NCBI GenBank assembly: GCA_001761425.1 | Contig: CP012986.1 | Span: 1,086,575 to 1,118,574, forward strand | DNA length: 32,000 bases | Origin: Candidatus Saccharimonadota bacterium | Lineage (GTDB): Archaea; Nanohalarchaeota; Nanosalinia; Nanosalinales; Nanosalinaceae | Reading direction: 5' to 3' | In this document: positions 14,998 through 22,131 of the stretch, one piece after another | How positions within the stretch are numbered: the stretch's first letter is position 1 | How the letters are laid out: every line of letters begins with the position of its first letter | The notes under the pieces: generated by a model | Told to the model about the DNA's origin: nothing | Databases searched by the model: none | Seen by the model: only the letters and a program-made list of their open reading frames with translations | Position numbers and translations under genes: made by a program

Positions 14998-16266
14998 ATG
15001 AAGAAGATAGCCATAGCAGTTCTGACAGCGGTCCTCCTCATCTCCACAGCATCAGCACAGACTTGGCACAACACAGAACAGCAAACTAATCTTGACGCGG
15101 AAGACGATGAATCAGGAGTTGAGGATACATACTACTGCATCGACCAGAGCGATGAATGCGGCCCAAAGGAAGACGGAGAAGAATACAATGAAGGAGAAAC
15201 AATAGATATCACAGATGAAGGTATAAACTACCTCAGATACTTCTCCGAGGACAAGGTAGGGAATGAGGAAGAAACACAGTCAAGAATTTTCAGACTTGAC
15301 TTCACCAATCCGATCAGTGAAAGCAACTACAGCGGCGGATGGTATAACGAACCTGTCACAGTCGAGATCTCATGCAACGATCCAGAGGACCCCGAGCCCT
15401 CAGGTTGTGACACAAAGCAGATCTGTAAGGGGAGCTCATGCACACCGAGAGAAGGAGACACAGCCACATACAACTCGGAGGGCAGACACACCGCCAGATA
15501 CAACTCCATCGACGTAGCAGGCAATAATGAACCGGTAAACGAACAGGAAGTACTACTGGATTTCACATCTCCACAGGTAGCGGTACAGAAGGAGTCAGTG
15601 AGTTCTGAGACAATGAACGCTACAGTGGCATGTACAGATGAGATGTCAGGATGTGACGGATCAAGCCAGAGACTTTACACCTCCGATGAACCAGCTCTGA
15701 ACTGTCCGACGGACGAAAGCAGATACAACGAAGGATCCACCTATCAGGTAAACCAGCATCTCTGGGTATGTGCAGCAGCGAAGGATGAGGCAGGAAACTG
15801 GGCCTTCAGCAATCAGCCTGTAGAGTTCAGCGTAGGAACCCTGACAACAAACCTTGATTACCCTGGAAAACCAGGATCGGTAGTCACAAACATCGACTCC
15901 GCGATCCCGATAACACTGGAGATCGGAAACGAAGAAGAGGATAAGGATAGAACGATAAACATCTCGCTGGAAGGCCCTACACAGTTCGCTGATCAGTCAA
16001 CCTGGAAAGAGATAGAACTTAACGGAGTAGAGAACCGGGAGTTCAACTTCATTGCGAGGCCTGAACAGGTCGGAAACACATCAGTCACTGTCAACATGAG
16101 GGAGAAGACAGAAGGGTTCACGATAACGAAAGAGGTCAAAATGGAAGTGAGAGAAAGCGGTTCAAGAACAAGCAGTGCAGGAAGGGAAACACCTGGTATA
16201 GGCCTTTTACAGATAGCAGTACTGACAGGTATAGCAGCAACGTACCTGGCCTTCAGAAACTGGTGA
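14998..16266 (+). CDS. Cell-surface protein with three Ig-like modules and a PGF-CTERM-like (PGI) C-terminal anchor
   Basis: Signal peptide MKKIAIAVLTAVLLISTASA. Three modules ending ...SEDKVGNEE / ...SIDVAGNNE / ...AKDEAGNW. C-terminus TPGIGLLQIAVLTGIAATYLAFRNW. GGAGG 10 nt upstream of ATG 14998. Confidence 0.75.
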   Translation: MKKIAIAVLTAVLLISTASAQTWHNTEQQTNLDAEDDESGVEDTYYCIDQSDECGPKEDGEEYNEGETIDITDEGINYLRYFSEDKVGNEEETQSRIFRLDFTNPISESNYSGGWYNEPVTVEISCNDPEDPEPSGCDTKQICKGSSCTPREGDTATYNSEGRHTARYNSIDVAGNNEPVNEQEVLLDFTSPQVAVQKESVSSETMNATVACTDEMSGCDGSSQRLYTSDEPALNCPTDESRYNEGSTYQVNQHLWVCAAAKDEAGNWAFSNQPVEFSVGTLTTNLDYPGKPGSVVTNIDSAIPITLEIGNEEEDKDRTINISLEGPTQFADQSTWKEIELNGVENREFNFIARPEQVGNTSVTVNMREKTEGFTITKEVKMEVRESGSRTSSAGRETPGIGLLQIAVLTGIAATYLAFRNW

Positions 16267-16306
16267 AAAAAGGGGAAACGGTTGAGAGGCCTTTTTCTGT
16301 ATTTTT

Positions 16307-16906
16307 CTATTTCAGCGACTCTCTTTCTCTGTCTCTCTTGTCCAGTGCTACTTCTACGGGTTCGTCTTCGTGTTCCTCGGCTTTCTGTATGATTTCCTGG
16401 ACTTTCTTGTTTCCTGAGTGTCTTGGCTGTAGTTCGCCTCTGAATACGTCTTCAAGGTCTTTCCAGTCTTCTCTCTGGATCATTTGCTGGACTTCCTGCT
16501 GTTTCAGTGTGTCTACGAGCTGTTCCTGGTCCATGTCCTGGATTTCTTGCACGAGGCCTTGATCTTCCATCAGTTTTTGCTTTCTCTTCATTGCGATGAG
16601 GCCGTCTATGACTCTGAGTGCGTCCATTATCTGTGCGTGTTCGTTGTGGTAGATGCTCATCTCGTCTTCTACTGATGCGATCTCTTCTGCCAGTTCTTCT
16701 TTGAGCATGTCGTCGTCTGTTTCTTTGAGGTGCTTGAATTTGGTTCTTCTTCTCTCTGCGAGGCCTTCGTGTTTCTGTCTTTTCAGGTCCAGTTCTGCCT
16801 TTAGTTCGGTTCTCTCCTCTTCAAGTTCATCTTGGTCCATGTCTTCAAGTTTGATCTGGTCGTCAGAAGTGAATTTCGACATTATGTTGCTGAGTACGCT
16901 TACCAT
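16307..16906 (-). CDS. Acidic coiled-coil protein, unknown function
   Basis: ORF track. About 200 aa, almost entirely helical/heptad-like and rich in E/D/K/Q. No catalytic motif recognised. Confidence 0.6.
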   Translation of the reverse strand: MVSVLSNIMSKFTSDDQIKLEDMDQDELEEERTELKAELDLKRQKHEGLAERRRTKFKHLKETDDDMLKEELAEEIASVEDEMSIYHNEHAQIMDALRVIDGLIAMKRKQKLMEDQGLVQEIQDMDQEQLVDTLKQQEVQQMIQREDWKDLEDVFRGELQPRHSGNKKVQEIIQKAEEHEDEPVEVALDKRDRERESLK

Positions 16907-16945
16907 AAAGTTACAGTTGTCAGAGGCCTTAATTAAAACTCAGGT

Positions 16946-17254
16946 TCAGTGTGTCTGGCTGTAGACTTTCAGCCTGTACTGTAGTTCTTCATGGCATTTT
17001 TCGACAGGATCTCCGATATGGAAAAACATCCTCATCCAGTTGCCTCCAACCTTGAACTCTATATTCGGAAAGACAGAACCATGGATTATTTTTGTGTCCT
17101 CTATCTCTGAGAAATGTACTTTGTCTACAAGTTTTTGGTCTGGAAAGTTTTCTTGGATTCGCTTCCAGTCATCTGAATTATTTCTCTTCCTCTCGATATG
17201 GGATTCGGTGACCGCTACTTCACCTAGGTCGGATTCAAAACGTTCGACATCCAT
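16946..17254 (-). CDS. Hypothetical small protein, possibly PH-like fold
   Basis: ORF track. ATG 17254 preferred over TTG 17293. Pattern VHFSEIEDTKII.G.VFPNIEFKVGGNWMRMFF is reminiscent of bacterial PH-like domains (weak). Confidence 0.5.
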   Translation of the reverse strand: MDVERFESDLGEVAVTESHIERKRNNSDDWKRIQENFPDQKLVDKVHFSEIEDTKIIHGSVFPNIEFKVGGNWMRMFFHIGDPVEKCHEELQYRLKVYSQTH

Positions 17255-17277
17255 ACAGAACAGTTCAACAGACAGGG

Positions 17278-17283
17278 ATTTAA
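17278..17283. promoter_or_regulatory. Single TATA-like element ATTTAA equidistant from two divergent start codons
   Basis: Centre 17280.5 lies 26.5 nt from ATG 17254 (-) and 27.5 nt from ATG 17308 (+). Confidence 0.4.
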
Positions 17284-17307
17284 CTCTTCTCAAAGAACGA
17301 GGTCTTT

Positions 17308-17826
17308 ATGACAGCTGATCTTGACTGGATCAATCTTGATGCGGACGAAGAAGTTCTCTGGGATGGAGAACCACGTATGAAAAGCATAATACCGGCACTC
17401 GCAATAGGTATTCCATTCTCCATATTCGGGATAGGCCTACTGATAATCGCGGGAGCATACCTCCAGATAAAAAACACCAGTTTCGTGGTAACCGATCAAG
17501 GCCTGTACAAGAAACAGGGGATACTGTCGCGTAGCGTCCAGAAAATAGGATTTGACAAAGTTCAAAACATCAGCTTCAGTCAGGGAATCTTCGGAACACA
17601 GTTCAACTACGGAAACATCGAGATCAGCACCGCAGGAGGATCAGGAGTGGAGATGCGGTTCAACAGCATTGACAACCCACGCGAAGTAGAACAGATAATC
17701 AACAAGCACCTGAAAAAAGAGAAAGAAAGCAAGGGGACAAAAGAAAGAAGAAGCGGAGACAAGGAACTGGTAGAGGAACTAAGAGAGATCAAAAGTCTGT
17801 TGAAGGAAATAAACGGGAAACTGTAA
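17308..17826 (+). CDS. Membrane-flanked bacterial PH domain protein (bPH_2/DUF304, YdbS/YdbT-like)
   Basis: L..DEEVLW.G.P, two TM helices, then Y.VTDQGLYKK.GILSR....I.FDKVQN....QGIFG..FNYGNIEISTAGG, typical of PF03703. Confidence 0.8.
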   Translation: MTADLDWINLDADEEVLWDGEPRMKSIIPALAIGIPFSIFGIGLLIIAGAYLQIKNTSFVVTDQGLYKKQGILSRSVQKIGFDKVQNISFSQGIFGTQFNYGNIEISTAGGSGVEMRFNSIDNPREVEQIINKHLKKEKESKGTKERRSGDKELVEELREIKSLLKEINGKL

Positions 17827-17845
17827 CGAAAGGCCTTCCAATCTC

Positions 17846-18550
17846 CTATTCTTCTCCTATGTATTCTCCTTCCTCTCTTCTAAAATCATCTTCGTCCATT
17901 TCCTCTCTGACATGTGCTACGAGGCCTGGTGTCCGTGCGATTATGAAAAGGCCTTTACCGAGTCTGTAGTCCCAGTCGAGATCGCTCATGACTGCTGAGA
18001 TCGCTCCGTCTACATTGATGACAAGAGGGATTTTCTTTTCGGCGAATACGTTTTTTATCTCTTTCATTTTTTCTGCGTATTCTCCTTTGAGGCCGAGATT
18101 TTCTGCTTTCTGGAAGATCTTTTCTGCTCTAGGATCTCTGTCATCGTATACTTTGTGGCCCAGGCCTGGTATCTTTTCTCCTCTCTCCAGATGTTCCTCT
18201 ACTATTTCTTCTGGTGTTTTCTGTGACTGTAGGGTTTTCATTCCTTCTTCGATTGCTCCCCCGTGTTTGTCTCCCAGTGCGAGGACTCCTGCTGCGACAC
18301 CTGTGTTCATGTCGTTGCCTCCGCTCTGGACAGTCCTGGCCGAGACAGTGGATGGGTTTCCGACTCCATGATCGATACTGGAGGACAGTACTGTGTTAAA
18401 TAGCTGTGATTCCTCCGCTCCGGGTTCTTCGCCTTTCAAGAGGAGCCAGATGGCGTCGGCGAATTCCATCCCCATGACTTTTTCCATATCCTGTCCACGT
18501 ATTTTCCCGTCTTCGCCTGAAGACGCTATCTCGGTTCTCCACTCTGTCAT
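17846..18550 (-). CDS. Citryl-CoA lyase-like protein (short citrate-synthase-family domain)
   Basis: 234 aa. LLLKGEEP....LF...L.S.IDHG....STV.AR...SGG....GVAAG.LALGD.HGGAIE...IPGLGHKVY..RDPRA matches the C-terminal domain of citrate synthase/ATP-citrate lyase and stand-alone citryl-CoA lyases. Confidence 0.75.
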   Translation of the reverse strand: MTEWRTEIASSGEDGKIRGQDMEKVMGMEFADAIWLLLKGEEPGAEESQLFNTVLSSSIDHGVGNPSTVSARTVQSGGNDMNTGVAAGVLALGDKHGGAIEEGMKTLQSQKTPEEIVEEHLERGEKIPGLGHKVYDDRDPRAEKIFQKAENLGLKGEYAEKMKEIKNVFAEKKIPLVINVDGAISAVMSDLDWDYRLGKGLFIIARTPGLVAHVREEMDEDDFRREEGEYIGEE

Positions 18551-18641
18551 AAAGGTTTTTGAAACCTGAACGGATTTAACCTTTCTGAAACCGGCGAAAG
18601 ATGAAAGACCTTATTTAATGCTTTCTACCATTAACATGTAT

Positions 18642-19157
18642 ATGGAAGGCCATAAATTCGCTCTAGGCCTCTTTCTGGTTTTAATTGCCTCAGGATGTGC
18701 AGAAATAACCGGAGAGGTCTCAGAGAGCCCGAGCTTTGAGACCCTGGCTCTGGACGTAGAGACTGTTGAGGGTGTTACAGGTGCAGATTACAGGCCTTCA
18801 GACGGGAATCTCTCAGGTTCTTTTCTGAATATGAGTTCTATGGTAAAGAGGGTCGAGTCCTTCTTTGTCCAGGACGGCAATCTCTCCGAGGCCCCTGATT
18901 CAGTTCAGTCCATGGTCGTGGCTCTGAACAGCAGTTCAAACGATACTGTTACAGACATCAGTTTCGACAGGACTGTGGACATAGATGGTTATGAGGCCCG
19001 CAAGTTGAACTCGACAAATCAGACCTTGCTTTACAGCGAAAGAGATAATCTTTCGTTCGCCGTCAGAACTGAAGGCGACGGATTTTACAGCTCCGCCAGA
19101 AAACTTTACAGTGAGATAGCTGAAGACATAGAATCCTTCGAAAATAGTTCTAACTAA
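18642..19157 (+). CDS. Secreted lipoprotein, unknown function
   Basis: MEGHKFALGLFLVLIASGC lipobox signal. ATG 18642 preferred because TTATTTAA (18611-18618) is centred 27 nt upstream and overlaps the ORF-track ATG 18618. Confidence 0.6.
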   Translation: MEGHKFALGLFLVLIASGCAEITGEVSESPSFETLALDVETVEGVTGADYRPSDGNLSGSFLNMSSMVKRVESFFVQDGNLSEAPDSVQSMVVALNSSSNDTVTDISFDRTVDIDGYEARKLNSTNQTLLYSERDNLSFAVRTEGDGFYSSARKLYSEIAEDIESFENSSN

Positions 19158-19911
19158 ATCCCGTATCGACATAATCAATCCATCTTCTCTGCACAGACTC
19201 GTCCGGGCCGTACTCCTCCACAGCTTCTTCAACCGCTGTCTCCAGGAACTTCCTCTGGTAGAGATCGTTTCTTGACCTTAACTTCGGATCATCCATCTCA
19301 TCTCCAGAAGGCATCCTGCCCTCAAGATCAGACCTGTCCATATCAGCTCTTTGAAAAGGCCAAAGCTCGAACTCCGAAGCATAGCTGAGGCCTATATCAT
19401 TCGGAGGCCCGTTCCTGTAATCATCGTGGAAACGGGAAAGCTCATCGCTCTCAGTGAAATCAAGATCTCTACGAAATAGTTCCATCTCAGAGAGAGCCTG
19501 TCCCTCAGCTTTCTCCGGTAAAACACTGTGAACATAGTTCGTCGCTGCTCTGTAGGCCTTCTGTTCTCTTCTGATAATTTCTCCCAACCACTGATCGACC
19601 GAGGCCCTCATATAGGCCTCTAGATTGTCTATATCTTCGTCGAAGTCTATCTGAAGGGATGTTCTTCCACCTGGAAAGTTTTCGACGTAGATATGCATGT
19701 TTCCGTTCTGTATCTCAAGATCCTTCGAGTTTCCGTTCGGGTGAGGTGTCACATTGTATCCTTTGCGGTTGGCGTGTTCCCAGAGGGTGTCGAAATCAAG
19801 GAGGTTTCTGGAGCCTCCTGCCTCTGTTCCAAGAAATTCTCTGTCGTATGTATTTTCCTCACGGTCGAATTCTCCCGGACCGAAGATCTCCTCAAAGCCT
19901 AGGACAGTCAT
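19150..19911 (-). CDS. Hypothetical acidic protein (253 aa), no recognisable domain
   Basis: ORF track. Protein-like composition. Lies 48 nt downstream of the CoA-ligase alpha gene on the same strand. Confidence 0.6.
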   Translation of the reverse strand: MTVLGFEEIFGPGEFDREENTYDREFLGTEAGGSRNLLDFDTLWEHANRKGYNVTPHPNGNSKDLEIQNGNMHIYVENFPGGRTSLQIDFDEDIDNLEAYMRASVDQWLGEIIRREQKAYRAATNYVHSVLPEKAEGQALSEMELFRRDLDFTESDELSRFHDDYRNGPPNDIGLSYASEFELWPFQRADMDRSDLEGRMPSGDEMDDPKLRSRNDLYQRKFLETAVEEAVEEYGPDESVQRRWIDYVDTGFS

Positions 19912-19959
19912 ACATCATAACTGTGCGGGAAGTTTTTACCAAGTTATGGAGGAACATAT

Positions 19960-20853
19960 CTAATCCAGTACATTATCCAGCATATCACCGATCTCATGGT
20001 GAACATCTGCGACGTGAGCACCGGCCTGTTTCAAGGCCTTTTCTTTGTGGCTAGGCTTCCCACGATCTCCTCTTATGATCGCTCCTGCGTGGCCGTACTT
20101 TTTCTCCGGCATATCCTCCGTGAACTTTCCGGTTATATACACTACCAGGGGCTTCGTGAACTCTCCTTTTTCCACGAATTCAGCGGCTTTCTCCTCGTAA
20201 GTTCCTCCTAGCTCTCCAAACAAGACGACAGCCTCAGTCTGGTCATCCTCCTCGAACTTTTCCAGTGCGTCTTCAAACGCAGTTCCTGCAATAACATCTC
20301 CGCCAAGGCCTGCGGCGGTAGAAACTCCATATCCTGCCTGTCGGACAACCCATGAAGTTTCCGTTGTCATTCCACCGCTCTTGGAGATTACCCCTACCTT
20401 CCCTTCTCTGTAGACTCTCTCAGGTTTGTTTCCTCCGATAGGCCCGAGCTTTGCTTTTCCAGGAGAGATGATACCTACGCTTGTAGGACCTACCATCGTC
20501 GCATCGTATTCCTGAACTTTCTCGTATATCTCCCAGGCATCCCTCGTCGGAATCCTTTCAGTAATAACGTTCAATGTCTCTACACCGTTTTCCAAGGCCT
20601 CGAATACAGCGTCTCTAGCGGCGAAAGGCGGGACATAGATCAGTGAAGTATTTATGCCTGGATGCTTCTGTAAGGCCTCCCGGACGGTGTCATAGACCGG
20701 TACGCCTTCAACTTTCTGCCCTCCCTTGCCGGGAGTTACGCCCGCAACGACGTCGGTACCGTACTCGATCATCTCCGGGACCTTTTCACTTGCCTCCCTG
20801 CCCGTGATCCCTTGAACCAGAACCTTGGTATCTTCATCTATGAGTATACTCAT
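19960..20853 (-). CDS. Succinyl-CoA synthetase alpha-type subunit (SucD/CcsB-like CoA-binding, phosphohistidine subunit)
   Basis: MSILIDEDTKVLVQGITG...GVTPGKGG...VISKSGGMT.E...GLGGD...GELGG..EE and the active-site GHAGAII. Confidence 0.9.
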   Translation of the reverse strand: MSILIDEDTKVLVQGITGREASEKVPEMIEYGTDVVAGVTPGKGGQKVEGVPVYDTVREALQKHPGINTSLIYVPPFAARDAVFEALENGVETLNVITERIPTRDAWEIYEKVQEYDATMVGPTSVGIISPGKAKLGPIGGNKPERVYREGKVGVISKSGGMTTETSWVVRQAGYGVSTAAGLGGDVIAGTAFEDALEKFEEDDQTEAVVLFGELGGTYEEKAAEFVEKGEFTKPLVVYITGKFTEDMPEKKYGHAGAIIRGDRGKPSHKEKALKQAGAHVADVHHEIGDMLDNVLD

Positions 20854-21488
20854 TTCGAGTCAACCTCCTTCAAGGCCTCTCTCACGTTCTCACAGGTAAG
20901 TTTATGGATGGTAGGTCCTTTAAAGCCCGAGTTGAACACATGGTAGTTATCGTTCCATACGAAATGCATACCCTCCTTCTCAGCGGCCTTATCTCTGTCC
21001 ACGTAGTTCCCGAAGTAGACGAATCTACCCGCGTCTTCATCCCTCTGCTCGATGAAAGCCTGGAAAATCCTTCTATCCGGCTTTTCAACGCCAACTTCCT
21101 CGGAAACAACGAAGCCCTGATAAGAAAGGCCTTCCTGGTTGAACAGCTCTTCGTAAAAGTTTTTCGCAGCGATGGAGTTGTCGCTGATGAACCCTATAGG
21201 TCCGAAATCTTCGTTAATCCTTTTCAGCTCTTCTATCACGTTTTCTCTGAGGAAGTCGCGCTCCCAGTCAAGGTAAGTCTTCTTCAGCTTCTCCGCGTCC
21301 GCCTCTATACTGTGTTTTTCCAGCCAGGCCTCGACCTCGGATGGCTTGTAGATGTTGTACTCGTTTATCGGGAGTTCAGGAGCATCTTTTACTCCTTCAC
21401 GTCTCAGTTCTTCGTGGACTTTCTCGTTTATCTTCTCGTGGGATGGTAGCAGGGTGTCGCCGATATCGAATACAGGTATTTTATTCAA
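20850..21488 (-). CDS. HAD-superfamily hydrolase-like protein (paralogue 2), non-canonical motif I
   Basis: Motif I VFDIGDTL (nucleophile Asp kept, Asp+2 replaced by Gly), ISDNS, VSEEVGVEKP, and motif IV YFGNYVDRD. 4-nt and 8-nt overlaps with neighbours. Confidence 0.75.
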   Translation of the reverse strand: MNKIPVFDIGDTLLPSHEKINEKVHEELRREGVKDAPELPINEYNIYKPSEVEAWLEKHSIEADAEKLKKTYLDWERDFLRENVIEELKRINEDFGPIGFISDNSIAAKNFYEELFNQEGLSYQGFVVSEEVGVEKPDRRIFQAFIEQRDEDAGRFVYFGNYVDRDKAAEKEGMHFVWNDNYHVFNSGFKGPTIHKLTCENVREALKEVDSK

Positions 21489-22131
21489 GGTTACTGATCA
21501 CCTCTCTTAGCTTCTCAAATTCAAGTTCGTCTATCTCAGGGCCTTCAAAGCTGGAGTTGACTGTATCAAACTGCGTGACCCAGATGTACTTCATACCTGC
21601 GTCCAGTGCTCCTGAATCTACCTCTGCATCATTTCCTATGTAGACAAATTCCCCGGGAGGCCTCTCTCTTTTCTCTGTAAAGGCCTTGAAGATCTCAGGG
21701 CTTGGTTTCTCCACACCTACCTCCTCGGAGACTACTATCGTATCATAGTCGACCTCATGTTCGTCAAGCAGCTTCTTCATAAGGTTTTTGGCCTCTACAG
21801 AGTTGTCGCTGATGATTCCTACAGTTCCGAACTCTCTGTTGCATTTTGCGAAGAGATCAAATACACCATTTTCCATCATAAGATCCTCGAAGGCCTCCAG
21901 ATACCTTTTCCTGCAGCCATGAGCCAGTTCCCTGGGATCGCCGTCTATATCATATTTTTCAAGATACTGTTCAATCTGGCTCGGATCATACATCATGAAC
22001 TTGTCAGGATCGAAATCGTGGACAACTTTATGATTCCTCTGACGCAGTTCATCCTCGATGACGTGTGAGGCAAATTTTCTTGAAGGAACCAGGGTATCTC
22101 CTATGTCAAAGACAGGTACAAATCCGCTCAT
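21481..22131 (-). CDS. HAD-superfamily hydrolase-like protein (paralogue 1), non-canonical motif I
   Basis: VFDIGDTL, ISDNS, VSEEVGVEKP, YIGNDAEVD. Clear paralogue of 20850..21488. Confidence 0.75.
   Translation of the reverse strand: MSGFVPVFDIGDTLVPSRKFASHVIEDELRQRNHKVVHDFDPDKFMMYDPSQIEQYLEKYDIDGDPRELAHGCRKRYLEAFEDLMMENGVFDLFAKCNREFGTVGIISDNSVEAKNLMKKLLDEHEVDYDTIVVSEEVGVEKPSPEIFKAFTEKRERPPGEFVYIGNDAEVDSGALDAGMKYIWVTQFDTVNSSFEGPEIDELEFEKLREVISNLE

Noticed and set aside
16263-16964. Two Ser/Leu/Cys-rich + strand ORFs (16263..16562 and 16653..16964) opposite the coiled-coil gene.
   Set aside because: Extreme low-complexity composition typical of the antisense frame of an E/K/D/Q-rich gene. 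No independent signals.
20904-21449. Long antisense ORF (181 aa, + strand) opposite the HAD-like gene. Similar antisense ORFs occur at 24199..24633, 17988..18371, 21757..22068, 22596..22916, 4240..4614, 5056..5493 and 31087..31527.
   Set aside because: They mirror genes rich in GAA/GAG/GAT codons, which leaves the opposite strand stop-poor. Their products are Leu/Ser/Phe-rich and low-complexity, they have no TATA or SD signals, and the sense-strand genes have strong family motifs.
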